A stretch of 64,000 nt of DNA, taken from an uncultured Solirubrobacterales bacterium. GTDB lineage: Bacteria > Actinomycetota > Thermoleophilia > Solirubrobacterales > 70-9. Of the stretch, positions 9,774 to 18,840 are shown in pieces (position 1 is the stretch's first letter; each line of letters starts with the position of its first letter). The DNA lies in NCBI GenBank assembly GCA_963810105.1, contig CAWEMB010000001.1:781112-845111 (forward strand), given 5' to 3'. Under the pieces are notes generated by a model. That model was not told the origin of the DNA. It made no database searches and saw only the letters and a program-made list of their open reading frames with translations. The position numbers and the translations under genes were made by a program.

Positions 9774-10630
9774 TCCGTCTAGCCGTTCGCTGCGCTCCCG
9801 AGCAGGCGGAGGTCGTGCTTGCCGAGCTGGCGGTGCTGGCGCCGAACGGGGTCGAGGAGGAGCGCGGTGCGGGCTACGTCGAGTACGCGCTCTACGGCGG
9901 CGAGGGTGAGCTGCCCGAGCTGGGGGAGATCGAGGCCGTGGCGGGCGACGGCCTGGTCGAGGTGGTCGCGACCGAGGTGCCCGACGACTGGGCCGACCGC
10001 TGGCAGGACTTTCACCGCCCGATCCTGATCGGCGACCGCCTCTGCGTGCGGCCGTCCTGGGCTGAGCCGATCGGGCAGCAGAAGGCAGGCGCCGTCGACG
10101 TGGTCGTCGATCCGGGCCGCGCCTTCGGCACCGGCGCTCATCCGACGACGCGGCTCTGCCTCGAGCTGCTGCTGGAGCTGGCGGCGGCGGGTGAGGCGGA
10201 GGGAGCGCTGACCGACCTCGGCTGTGGCTCCGGCGTGCTGGCGATCGCGGCGGCAAAGCTCGGCTGGGAGCCGGTCCAGGGCTATGACCACGAGCAGGAG
10301 GCTCTCGAGGCGGCTGCGGCCAACGCCGCTGCCAACGGAGTTGAGCTGGCCCTCGAGCGGGCCAACCTTCGCGAGCGGCTCCCCGCCCTGGCGCCGACGG
10401 TCCTCGCCAACATGACCTCGCCTGTCCTCACAGCGCTCGCCGGTCTCCTTACGGATGCCTCCGAGAGCGACGAAGCCGGCGAGCCGGTGCTGCCGCAGAG
10501 GCTCGTCTGCTCGGGAATCCTGCCCGCGGAGTTGGATCAGGTCTCTGCCGCGTTTGCCAGGGCAGGGCTGATGGAGCAGGGCAGGCGCAGCGAGGGCGAC
10601 TGGGCGGCCCTGCTCCTGCGGCGCGCCTGA
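9770..10630 (+). CDS. prmA: ribosomal protein L11 methyltransferase
   Basis: The 286-aa product is PrmA-like with the SAM-binding motif [13 protein letters not shown]. It follows dnaJ, as in many bacteria. Confidence 0.8.
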   Translation: MIRLAVRCAPEQAEVVLAELAVLAPNGVEEERGAGYVEYALYGGEGELPELGEIEAVAGDGLVEVVATEVPDDWADRWQDFHRPILIGDRLCVRPSWAEPIGQQKAGAVDVVVDPGRAFGTGAHPTTRLCLELLLELAAAGEAEGALTDLGCGSGVLAIAAAKLGWEPVQGYDHEQEALEAAAANAAANGVELALERANLRERLPALAPTVLANMTSPVLTALAGLLTDASESDEAGEPVLPQRLVCSGILPAELDQVSAAFARAGLMEQGRRSEGDWAALLLRRA

Positions 10631-10658
10631 CGCCCCGCTCGCGTCGCCGCCTGCCTAT

Positions 10659-11165
10659 ATGTTTCCGGCGATGCTTCCAGCGTCGATAGTCAGCGCCGAT
10701 TACAAGATCGCGCTGTTCCTACACACGCTCGCCGTCGTGCTGGCGTTCGGGCCGACATTCGGCTACGCGCTGTTCTTCTCGGTGGCGCCGCAGTTTCCGC
10801 GGGCGACCCCGGCGATCCTGGCCGGGGTGCAGAAGTGCGACCGCTACCTGGTCACCCCCGGGATGATCGTGCTGCTGGTTGCAGGCATCTACATGCTGGC
10901 CGCAAGCGACGACGTCTGGGATGAGGCGGACGTCTTCGTCAGCGTCGGCTTCCTGGCGATCGCCGCCCTCTTCGCCCTCCAGCAGGCCTTCTTTCAGCCC
11001 CGTACGCGCAAGGCGAGAGAGCTCGCTGAACGCGACCTGAAGCAGGGCGACACGCTGAGCACCGAGTTCGAAGCGCTTTCGCAGCGGATCGGGCAGGTCG
11101 GGTCCTTCGCCGGCCTCATCGTCGTCGTGACGATCTTCTTCATGACCTACAAGCCCTTCCTCTAG
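10659..11165 (+). CDS. integral membrane protein of unknown function (DUF2269-like)
   Basis: The 168-aa product has four hydrophobic segments. An alternative start is ATG 10671. Confidence 0.5.
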   Translation: MFPAMLPASIVSADYKIALFLHTLAVVLAFGPTFGYALFFSVAPQFPRATPAILAGVQKCDRYLVTPGMIVLLVAGIYMLAASDDVWDEADVFVSVGFLAIAALFALQQAFFQPRTRKARELAERDLKQGDTLSTEFEALSQRIGQVGSFAGLIVVVTIFFMTYKPFL

Positions 11166-11229
11166 CTCCGTCAGACTGGCGACTCTGTCGTCCACAGGCC
11201 CCCAGCTCGATCCATCCCTGCCCGTCGCC

Positions 11230-12042
11230 ATGTTCGATTCCGGCGTCGGCGGCCTCACCGTCCTGCACGAGTGCCTGGTTTCTCTGCCCAACGAGGACTT
11301 CGTCTACCTCGGCGACACGGCGATGTTCCCCTACGGCACGCGCGAGCCCGGCTGGCTGCGCGAGCGCATCAGGGCGATCGCGGAGCTGCTGCTCGGCGAC
11401 GGGGCGAAGCTGCTGGTGATCGCCTGCAACACGGCAACCTCGATCGGCGACGACGTCGCGCGCGAGGTCGGCGCCGAGCACGGGGTGGAGGTGGTCCCGG
11501 TGGTCGAGCCGCAGGCCGAGATCGCCGCCGCGATCACCGACAGCGGCCGCGTCGGGGTTCTGGCCACCCCGAACACGGTTGACAGCGGCGCCTACCGCCG
11601 CGCCCTCGAATCGCAGGGCCGGGCGCTGGAGGTGACCGAAGTCAAGGCCCCCAAGCTGGCGCCCTTCATCCAGGACGGGTCCCCGTTCGACGATGGCGTG
11701 CTCGAGATGGCGCGGGCTTATTGCGAGCCGCTGAAGAAGGGCGACGTCGACACCCTGATCCTTGGCTGCACGCATTACCCGCTGGTGGCGCCGATGCTGC
11801 AGCGCATCCTAGGCCGCGACGTTCGCCTGGTCAGCGGCGGTCACGCCGTCGCCGCCGCGGTGCAGCGCTGCCTGCAGCGCCGCGGCCTTCTGCGCCAGCC
11901 CGATGGCGAAGGCGCCTACCGCTTCCTCTGCACGGGCGAGGTCGATTCCTTCCGCGAGCTCGGCACACGCTTCCTGCAGATGCCGCTCGGCGAGGTGGGG
12001 CGGATCGAGATCCCCGGCGCCGGGCCCAAAGACGAGGACTAA
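11230..12042 (+). CDS. murI: glutamate racemase
   Basis: FDSGVGGLTV and the catalytic-Cys motifs IACNTA and LGCTHYP are present. The N-terminus is short, so an upstream non-canonical start is possible. Confidence 0.9.
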   Translation: MFDSGVGGLTVLHECLVSLPNEDFVYLGDTAMFPYGTREPGWLRERIRAIAELLLGDGAKLLVIACNTATSIGDDVAREVGAEHGVEVVPVVEPQAEIAAAITDSGRVGVLATPNTVDSGAYRRALESQGRALEVTEVKAPKLAPFIQDGSPFDDGVLEMARAYCEPLKKGDVDTLILGCTHYPLVAPMLQRILGRDVRLVSGGHAVAAAVQRCLQRRGLLRQPDGEGAYRFLCTGEVDSFRELGTRFLQMPLGEVGRIEIPGAGPKDED

Positions 12043-12045
12043 CCT
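12040..12045 (+). promoter_or_regulatory. candidate -10 hexamer (TAACCT) overlapping the murI stop codon, for the leaderless GatB/YqeY-domain gene
   Basis: TAACCT includes the murI TAA. A 7-nt spacer follows, then ATG 12053. Confidence 0.35.
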
Positions 12046-12052
12046 TTAGGGC

Positions 12053-12484
12053 ATGAGCATTCTCGAGCAGGTACAGGGTGACGTGCGCACGGCGATGAAA
12101 GCCGGCGAGCGCGAGCGAGCGGCCGCGCTGCGGATGGTCGTCGACTCGCTGCAGCAGGACGCGAAGATGGGCAAGGACGACGAGGTGGCCGTGCTGCAGC
12201 GCGAGCGCAAGAAGCGCCTCGAGGCGGCCGAGGCCTTCGCGGAGGGCGGCCGCGCCGAGCAGGCGAGCGCCGAGCGTTTCGAGGCCGAGATGATCGAGGC
12301 GTATCTCCCCCAGCAGCTCTCCGATCAGGAGCTCTCCGAACTGGTCGATGCGGCGGTCGCGGAGACGGGCGCAAGCGAGCAGCGCCAGATGGGCCAGGTG
12401 ATGTCGGCCCTGATGCCGAAGCTCGGCGGGCGCGCGGACGGCAAGCGGGTCAGCGCAGCGGTACGGGAGCGGCTTGGCGCGTAG
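12053..12484 (+). CDS. GatB/YqeY domain protein
   Basis: The 143-aa product (MSILEQVQGDVRTAMKAGERERAAALR...) is typical of the YqeY family. Confidence 0.85.
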   Translation: MSILEQVQGDVRTAMKAGERERAAALRMVVDSLQQDAKMGKDDEVAVLQRERKKRLEAAEAFAEGGRAEQASAERFEAEMIEAYLPQQLSDQELSELVDAAVAETGASEQRQMGQVMSALMPKLGGRADGKRVSAAVRERLGA

Positions 12485-13454
12485 GCAGCTGACTCTCGAC
12501 AACGCCGTCGCCGCTGAGCTCGCGGGCTCCGAGGACGCGGTCTTGAGGGCGCTGCGAGGACACCTCTCCTGCGACTTTCACCTGCGCGGGAACGTGCTCA
12601 CCCTCGACGGCGACTCGGGCGACGTGCAGACCGCGGCGACCGTCGTCGATGAGCTGGTCGAGCTGATCGAGCAGGGCCACGAGGTGGCGCCGGGGACGAT
12701 CGAAGCGGTTGCCGGCGCCCTTGACGCGCACGAGAGCCCGGCCCGGATCCTCGAGGACGTCGTCTGGCGGCACCGCAATACGAAGGTGGCTCCGAAGACG
12801 CTCAACCAGAAACGCTACGTCGACTCGATCCGCCGCCACACCGTCACCTTCGGCATCGGGCCGGCGGGCACGGGCAAGACCTTCCTCGCCGTGGCAAGCG
12901 CCGCCGCGGCGCTTGCCGAGCGCGAAGTGCAGAGGATCATCCTCACCCGCCCCGCCGTCGAGGCGGGCGAGCGCCTCGGCTTCCTGCCCGGCGACATCCA
13001 GGCCAAGGTCGACCCCTACCTGCGGCCCCTCTTCGACGCTCTCTTCGACATGCTCGACCCCGACCGGGTCAATGGCTATTTCGAGCGCGGGGTGATCGAG
13101 GTGGCGCCGCTCGCCTTCATGCGCGGCCGCACTCTCAACGACTCCTTCGTCATCCTCGACGAGGCGCAGAACACCAGCCCCGAGCAGATGAAGATGTTCC
13201 TCACCCGCCTCGGCTTCAACTCGCGCATGGTCGTGACCGGCGACGTCACCCAGATCGACCTCCCCACCGACCAGCGCTCCGGTCTGATCGCCGTCCGCGA
13301 CATTCTCAGCGAGGTCGACGACATCTCCTTCGTTCATTTCGGCGGCGAGGATGTCGTCCGCCACAAGCTCGTGCAGGCGATCGTCGCCGCCTACGGCGAA
13401 CATGGCGACAAAGAGCGCCAGAGGGACGACAGCCCCGGCCCGTCGAACGCGTGA
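12474..13454 (+). CDS. phoH: PhoH-like ATPase
   Basis: A Walker A motif GPAGTGKT is present and the sequence is PhoH/YbeZ-like. It is the first gene of the conserved phoH-ybeY-era block. It has a TTG start. Confidence 0.9.
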   Translation: MARRQLTLDNAVAAELAGSEDAVLRALRGHLSCDFHLRGNVLTLDGDSGDVQTAATVVDELVELIEQGHEVAPGTIEAVAGALDAHESPARILEDVVWRHRNTKVAPKTLNQKRYVDSIRRHTVTFGIGPAGTGKTFLAVASAAAALAEREVQRIILTRPAVEAGERLGFLPGDIQAKVDPYLRPLFDALFDMLDPDRVNGYFERGVIEVAPLAFMRGRTLNDSFVILDEAQNTSPEQMKMFLTRLGFNSRMVVTGDVTQIDLPTDQRSGLIAVRDILSEVDDISFVHFGGEDVVRHKLVQAIVAAYGEHGDKERQRDDSPGPSNA

Positions 13455-13816
13455 GCGCCGACCTCTCCGATGTGCCCACCGAGCTTCGCGACGCGGTTGC
13501 GGCGGCCCTCGACCGCGCCGGCCTCACCGACGGCCACCTTGCCGTCGAGCTCGTCGAGGCCGAGCGGATCAGGGAGCTGAACCGCGAGCATCGCGGCCGG
13601 GACGAGCCCACCGACGTGCTCGCCTTCCCCGTCGACGAAAGCGGGCCCACGGCCGGGCCCCGCGAGCTTGGCGACGTCGCGATCTGCCCGGCACACTGCT
13701 CCGACGTGACCGAGGCGGCCGTCCATGGCGTTCTGCACCTCTGCGGGTATGACCATGAGAGCGATGAGGGCGAGATGCTGGAGCTGCAGGCCAGCGTGAT
13801 GGCGGGGCTGCGATGA
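13451..13816 (+). CDS. ybeY: rRNA maturation endoribonuclease YbeY
   Basis: The metal-binding motif HGVLHLCGYDH is present. It overlaps phoH by 4 nt. Confidence 0.9.
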   Translation: MSADLSDVPTELRDAVAAALDRAGLTDGHLAVELVEAERIRELNREHRGRDEPTDVLAFPVDESGPTAGPRELGDVAICPAHCSDVTEAAVHGVLHLCGYDHESDEGEMLELQASVMAGLR

Positions 13817-14706
13817 CGCGGGCCGGCTTCATCGGCCTAGCCGGCCGCCCCAATGTGGGCAAGTCGACCTTGGTCAACGCAATCGTCGGCAGCCGGGTGG
13901 CGATCGTCTCGGTGCGTCCGCAGACGACCCGGCGGGCGATCCGCGGCATCGCCACCGACACGGAGGCCGGGCGGCAGCTGATCCTCGTCGACCTGCCCGG
14001 CGTCCAGCGCCCCCGCGACGTGCTCACGGAGCGGATGCAGAACCGCGTCGAGCGCGAGCTCGCCGACTCCGATATCGCTCTGCTGATGATCAACGGAGAG
14101 GAGGGGGTCGGCCCCGGCGACCGTTTCATCGCCCGCACGCTGCTGGCGGCCAACACCGGCATCCCGACGATCTGCACGGTCAACAAGGTCGACCGCACGG
14201 GGCCAAACGAGCTCGTGCCGGTGCTGGCCGAAGCGGCCGAGCTGGAGGGCGTCGACGAGGTGTTCCCAATCAGCGCCCGCGAGGGCAAGGGCCTGGACGT
14301 CCTTATCGATCGCCTCAGCGAGCTGGTTCCGGAGGGCCCCTACCTATATCCGCCCGCCGACCACAGCGACCAGTCGAGCGAGCTGCTGCTGGCGGAGCTG
14401 ATCCGCGAGCAGGTGCTGAACCGGACCCGTGACGAGATTCCACATTCGGTCGAGGTCGCGGTTAGCGAGATCGCCCCGCGCGAGGACGGCCTGATCATGG
14501 TCAAGGCGGAGATCTGGGCCGAGTCCGAGTCCCAGAAGGGCATCCTGATCGGCAAGGGAGGCGCCAAGGTGGAAGAGATCGGCTTCGCCGCCCGCCGCTC
14601 GCTGGAACTCGAGCTGGGCTCGAAGGTGCACCTCGACCTGCAGGTCCGCGTCCGCCGCCGCTGGCGCCGCGACAAAGACATGCTGGACCGGCTGGGGATC
14701 GAATAG
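13813..14706 (+). CDS. era: GTPase Era
   Basis: The GRPNVGKST, DLPG and NKVD motifs are followed by a KH domain. It overlaps ybeY by 4 nt. Confidence 0.95.
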   Translation: MTRAGFIGLAGRPNVGKSTLVNAIVGSRVAIVSVRPQTTRRAIRGIATDTEAGRQLILVDLPGVQRPRDVLTERMQNRVERELADSDIALLMINGEEGVGPGDRFIARTLLAANTGIPTICTVNKVDRTGPNELVPVLAEAAELEGVDEVFPISAREGKGLDVLIDRLSELVPEGPYLYPPADHSDQSSELLLAELIREQVLNRTRDEIPHSVEVAVSEIAPREDGLIMVKAEIWAESESQKGILIGKGGAKVEEIGFAARRSLELELGSKVHLDLQVRVRRRWRRDKDMLDRLGIE

Positions 14707-14728
14707 GGATGGGGATGGCATCGAGCAG

Positions 14729-14815
14729 GGATGGGGGATGCCCTCGTCCGAACAAACGCCGAGCTAATTAGCTCGGCGTTTTGAGTATCCGCCCGTCCGA
14801 GGGCATCCCCCATCC
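14729..14815. repeat. nested palindromic intergenic element, copy B (subfamily I)
   Basis: A perfect 18-bp outer inverted repeat, GGATGGGGGATGCCCTCG / CGAGGGCATCCCCCATCC, flanks the core. Inside is a perfect 26-nt palindrome at 14755-14780, followed by TTGAGTATCCGCC. Degenerate extra arm copies lie at 14706-14725 and 14821-14844. Confidence 0.9.
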
Positions 14816-14995
14816 AGCCACCTCCAAGGCATCCATTCCCACCCATGTCCGTTCCGTGGTTCGAAACATCCGCTATGCGAGCAAAAGGAACCAGGGAAGG
14901 ACGCCGCGCTTCGGGGGCGGCGGCAGTCGCCATATGAGCGCCGCTCACGAAGAATCAGATCGTGACGTTCGCTAATTGCAGGGTTCGAACCTGAG

Positions 14996-15661
14996 GTGGC
15001 GCACTACGATGGTTCGATGTTCGATGAGTTGAACTTCGATGAGCGGGGGTTGGTGCCTTGCGTGGCGCAGGACCAGGCCAGCGGCGAGGTGCTGACGCTT
15101 GCCTATGCGAGTGAGGAGTCCCTGCGGCTGAGCGTCGAGACCGGGGAGCTTCACTTCTACAGCCGCTCGCGTGAGGAGATCTGGCGCAAAGGCGAAACCT
15201 CGGGCAACGTGCTGCGCCTGCGCCAGCTTCGCTACGACTGCGACGGCGACGCGATCGTCGCTCTTGTCGAGCCGAGCGGCCCCGCCTGCCACACCGGTGA
15301 GCGCTCCTGCTTCTACCGCGTCCTCGACGGCTCCTCTACCGAGGCGGATGCGGTGGCGGGCGACGGTGAGCCGGCGCCGGTCGCCCACGAGGCGCTGGCG
15401 GCGCTGGAGCGGACCCTGCGCAGCCGTGCCGCCGAGCGGCCCGGCGGCAGCTACACGGTGCAACTGCTCGACGACCCGGTCCTGGCCGGGGCAAAGGTCG
15501 AGGAGGAGGCGGAGGAGGCGATACGCGCCGTGCGCGGTGAGTCCGACGAGCGAGTCGCCGAGGAGGCCGCCGACCTGATCTACCACCTGAGCGTGCTGCT
15601 CGCCTCCCGTCAGGTGCCGCTCGCCGCCGTGATGGAGGTCCTCAATGGCCGTCGCGGCTGA
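14996..15661 (+). CDS. hisIE: bifunctional phosphoribosyl-AMP cyclohydrolase / phosphoribosyl-ATP pyrophosphatase
   Basis: A HisI domain (...HFYSRSREEIWRKGETSGN...CHTGERSCFY) is followed by a HisE domain (GSYTVQLL...ADLIYHLSVLL). The start is GTG 14996 or ATG 15017. Confidence 0.9.
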   Translation: MAHYDGSMFDELNFDERGLVPCVAQDQASGEVLTLAYASEESLRLSVETGELHFYSRSREEIWRKGETSGNVLRLRQLRYDCDGDAIVALVEPSGPACHTGERSCFYRVLDGSSTEADAVAGDGEPAPVAHEALAALERTLRSRAAERPGGSYTVQLLDDPVLAGAKVEEEAEEAIRAVRGESDERVAEEAADLIYHLSVLLASRQVPLAAVMEVLNGRRG

Positions 15662-17183
15662 CGCCGAGCTGCGCCTGCAGCCCAGCCTCGAGGAGGCGCG
15701 CGAGCTGGCCGCCGAGGGCAACGTCGTGCCGGTTCGAGCCCGTCTGATCGACGACTGCGAGACCCCCGTGTCCGCCTTTCTCAAGCTGAGAGCCGGCGAG
15801 CCGCAGGGCACCCCCTGCTTCCTGCTCGAGTCGGCCGAGCAGGGCCAGGTCGGCCGCTACTCGTTCGTCGGCTTTCGCCCCCGCTCGGTCTTGCGCTGGC
15901 AGGACGGCGTCCTCTCCGAATGGAGTGGGGATGCGGCAGACCCGGCCTCGGCGCCCCGCGAGAGCTACGACGCTCCCGACCCCTATGCGGCGGCGGCCGA
16001 GCAGCTCGCCCGCTACCGGCTGGCGCCGGTCGAGGGCCTGCCGCCATTCGCGGGCGGCGCGGTTGGCTTCTTCGGCTATGACCTGGTGCGGACGGTGGAG
16101 CCGCTGGGCGAGCCCAATCCCGATCCGCTCGGATTGCCCGACATGGCGCTGATGATCACCGACGTCCTGCTGGTCTTCGATCACCTCCGCCACGAGCTGA
16201 CCATCCTCTCCTGCGCCTTCGCCGATGCCGACGGAGCCATCGACGCCGCCTACGAGCGCGCCGCGGCGACGATTGCCGACGTGCGCCGGCGCCTGCGCGC
16301 GCCCGTGCCCGTTCCCGAGACACCCACCGTCACCGAGCCGCCGCGCTTCACCTCCAACATGGAGCGCGAGGAGTTCGAAGGCGCGGTCGAGCGGATCGTC
16401 GAGTACGTCCATGCCGGCGACGCCTTTCAGGTCGTCCCCTCGCAGCGCTTCTCCGCTCCGGCCGCGGTCGAGGCGTTCTCCGTCTACCGCGGCCTGCGCG
16501 CCGTCAATCCCTCTCCCTACATGTACTTCCTCGAGTTCGGCGACTTCCAGATCGCCGGCGCCTCACCGGAGCCGCTGGTCAAGGTGAATGGGGGACGGGT
16601 CGAGACGCGGCCGATCGCCGGCACCTATCCCCGTGGGGCCAACGAGGAGGAGGACCGCCGTCTCGCCGAGCGCCTGGTCAGCGACCCGAAGGAGAAGGCC
16701 GAGCACGTGATGCTCGTCGACCTCGGGCGCAACGACCTCGGGCGCGTCTGCGAGTACGGCACGGTCAAGGTCGACGAGCTGATGGTCGTCGAGACCTACT
16801 CCCACGTCCTCCACATCGTCAGCCGGGTCTCCGGCACCCTGCGGCCGGGAGTCGACGCGATGGACGTGCTGCGCTCGGCCCTGCCCGCCGGCACCCTCTC
16901 CGGGGCGCCGAAGGTCCGGGCGATGCAGATCATCGACGAGCTGGAGCCGATCAAGCGCTGCTCCTACGGTGGCGCGATCGGCTACCTCTCCTGGAACGGT
17001 GACCTCGACACCGCGATCCATATCCGCACCGTCGTCGTCAAGGATGGGCAGGTCCATGTCCAGGCCGGGGGCGGCACCGTCGCCGACGCCAAGCCGGCCT
17101 ACGAGTACAACGAGTCGGTCAACAAGGCCAAGGCGGTCTTCCGCGCCGTTGAGCTGGCCTGCGAACAGCCCGATTGGGAGTAG
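15645..17183 (+). CDS. trpE: anthranilate synthase component I
   Basis: The 512-aa product has a chorismate-binding domain (LSGAPKVRAM, IRT motifs). It overlaps hisIE by 17 nt. Confidence 0.95.
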   Translation: MAVAADAELRLQPSLEEARELAAEGNVVPVRARLIDDCETPVSAFLKLRAGEPQGTPCFLLESAEQGQVGRYSFVGFRPRSVLRWQDGVLSEWSGDAADPASAPRESYDAPDPYAAAAEQLARYRLAPVEGLPPFAGGAVGFFGYDLVRTVEPLGEPNPDPLGLPDMALMITDVLLVFDHLRHELTILSCAFADADGAIDAAYERAAATIADVRRRLRAPVPVPETPTVTEPPRFTSNMEREEFEGAVERIVEYVHAGDAFQVVPSQRFSAPAAVEAFSVYRGLRAVNPSPYMYFLEFGDFQIAGASPEPLVKVNGGRVETRPIAGTYPRGANEEEDRRLAERLVSDPKEKAEHVMLVDLGRNDLGRVCEYGTVKVDELMVVETYSHVLHIVSRVSGTLRPGVDAMDVLRSALPAGTLSGAPKVRAMQIIDELEPIKRCSYGGAIGYLSWNGDLDTAIHIRTVVVKDGQVHVQAGGGTVADAKPAYEYNESVNKAKAVFRAVELACEQPDWE

Positions 17184-17185
17184 CG

Positions 17186-17797
17186 ATGCGCGTTCTGGTG
17201 ATCGACAACTACGACAGCTTCACCTACAACCTCGTCCAGTACCTGGGTGAGCTGGGGGCCGAGGTCGAGGTCGTCCGCAACGACAAGGCGGAGGTCGAGG
17301 AGCTGCTGGAGAGGGACGTCGACCGGCTCGTCGTCTCACCCGGCCCGTGCACTCCGGCTGAGGCGGGGATCTCGGTCGGGGCGATTCGCGCCTTTGCCGA
17401 GCAGGGCACCCCGGTGCTCGGCGTCTGCCTTGGGCATCAGTCGCTGGTGGAGGCCTTCGGCGGGCGCACCGTGCAGGGCGAGCCGATCCACGGCAAGGAG
17501 GCCGAGATCGAGCACGACGGGCGCTCGATCTATGACGGCCTTCCCAGCCCCCTCGTCGCCGGCCGCTACCACTCGCTGGTCGCCGACCCCGACCTCCCGG
17601 ACGAGCTGGAGCTGAGCGCCAGCCTCGGTGACGTCGTCATGGGGGCCCGCCATCGCGAGCTGCCGGCCGAGGGCGTGCAGTTCCACCCCGAGTCGGTGCT
17701 GACGCCGCAGGGCAAACGGCTGCTGGCCAACTTCCTCGCGGCGCCCTCTGACCCTGAAGCCGACAGCGGCACATCCTCGGACCGCGGCGGCGGCTGA
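17186..17797 (+). CDS. trpG: anthranilate synthase component II (glutamine amidotransferase)
   Basis: MRVLVIDNYDSFTYNL... and the GVCLGHQ catalytic Cys are present. ATG 17186 has GGGAG 7 nt upstream. Confidence 0.9.
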   Translation: MRVLVIDNYDSFTYNLVQYLGELGAEVEVVRNDKAEVEELLERDVDRLVVSPGPCTPAEAGISVGAIRAFAEQGTPVLGVCLGHQSLVEAFGGRTVQGEPIHGKEAEIEHDGRSIYDGLPSPLVAGRYHSLVADPDLPDELELSASLGDVVMGARHRELPAEGVQFHPESVLTPQGKRLLANFLAAPSDPEADSGTSSDRGGG

Positions 17798-18825
17798 TGC
17801 CGAACGAGATCGTCACCAGGGCCATCGACGCGGTCTGCGCCGGGGACCATCTGACCGCCGATCATGCCTCGGCGGTCCTCGCGGAGATCATGGAAGGCCG
17901 CGCCGAGCCGATCCAGACCGGTGCCTTCCTGATCGCGCTGCGCGCCAAGGGGGAGACAGTGCCGGAGCTGGTCGGCCTGGCGCGGACGATGCGCTCGCTG
18001 GCCAGCCACGTCGAGACCGAGCGGGTCGAGCTCGTCGACACCGCGGGCACCGGCGGCGGCCCCTCGACCTTCAACGTCTCGACCACGGCGGCGCTGGTGG
18101 CGGCGGGGGCCGGCTGCGCGGTGGCCAAGCACGGCAACCGCTCCTACACCAGCAAGTGCGGCTCGGCCGACCTGCTGCAGGCGCTCGGGGTCAACATCGA
18201 CCTCGACCCCGACGCGGTCGCCCGCTGCATCGAGGAGATCGGCTTCGGCTTCATGTTCGCTCCCCGCCACCACGCGGCGATGGCCCACGTCGTGCCGGCC
18301 CGCAAAGCCCTCGGTGTGCGGACGATCTTCAACTTCCTCGGAGCGCTGACCAATCCGGCGGGCGCCGAGCGTCAGTTGCTGGGCGTTGCCGATCGCCACT
18401 ACCAGGAGACGATCGCCGAGGCGCTGTTGGCGCTGGGAAGCGTGCGGGCAATGGTCGTCTCGGCCGAGGACGGCCTCGACGAGCTCTCGCTCTCCTCTCC
18501 CACACGGGTGATCGAGGTCGCCGAAGGCGGCACCGAAGAGTGGTTTGTCGAGCCCGCTGAGCTCGGCCTTCCCGCCGCCGGCCTGGAGCAGGTCGCGGGC
18601 GGCACGCCGGAGGAGAACGCCGCCGCCGCTCGCGCCGTGCTCGCGGGCGAGGAGGGGCCTCGCCGCGACCTCGTCGTGCTCAACGCCGGCGCGGCGATCT
18701 ACGTCGGCGGGGCGGCGGCAAGCCTGGGCGAGGGAGTCGAGAAAGCGGCCTCGTCGATCGATGCGGGCCAGGCGCGTGAGGTGCTTGAGCGGCTTGTTGC
18801 GACGACAGCAGAGCTCGGCGACTAG
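17797..18825 (+). CDS. trpD: anthranilate phosphoribosyltransferase
   Basis: The 342-aa product carries the GTGGG, KHGNRS and FMFAP motifs. Confidence 0.95.
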   Translation: MPNEIVTRAIDAVCAGDHLTADHASAVLAEIMEGRAEPIQTGAFLIALRAKGETVPELVGLARTMRSLASHVETERVELVDTAGTGGGPSTFNVSTTAALVAAGAGCAVAKHGNRSYTSKCGSADLLQALGVNIDLDPDAVARCIEEIGFGFMFAPRHHAAMAHVVPARKALGVRTIFNFLGALTNPAGAERQLLGVADRHYQETIAEALLALGSVRAMVVSAEDGLDELSLSSPTRVIEVAEGGTEEWFVEPAELGLPAAGLEQVAGGTPEENAAAARAVLAGEEGPRRDLVVLNAGAAIYVGGAAASLGEGVEKAASSIDAGQAREVLERLVATTAELGD

Positions 18826-18840
18826 GCTTCTGGTTGTCTA

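Noticed and set aside
14976-15000. A tRNA T-arm-like string (minus strand CAGGTTCGAACCCTG).
   Set aside because: No complementary acceptor 5' strand, D-arm or anticodon arm can be found in the required positions. The flanking sequence is the hisIE start. At most it is a tRNA-like fragment.
14845-15660. A Trp-codon leader peptide, attenuator or T-box upstream of the trp genes.
   Set aside because: There is no short ORF with tandem TGG codons and no terminator/antiterminator pair. trpE overlaps hisIE by 17 nt, which leaves no leader region.
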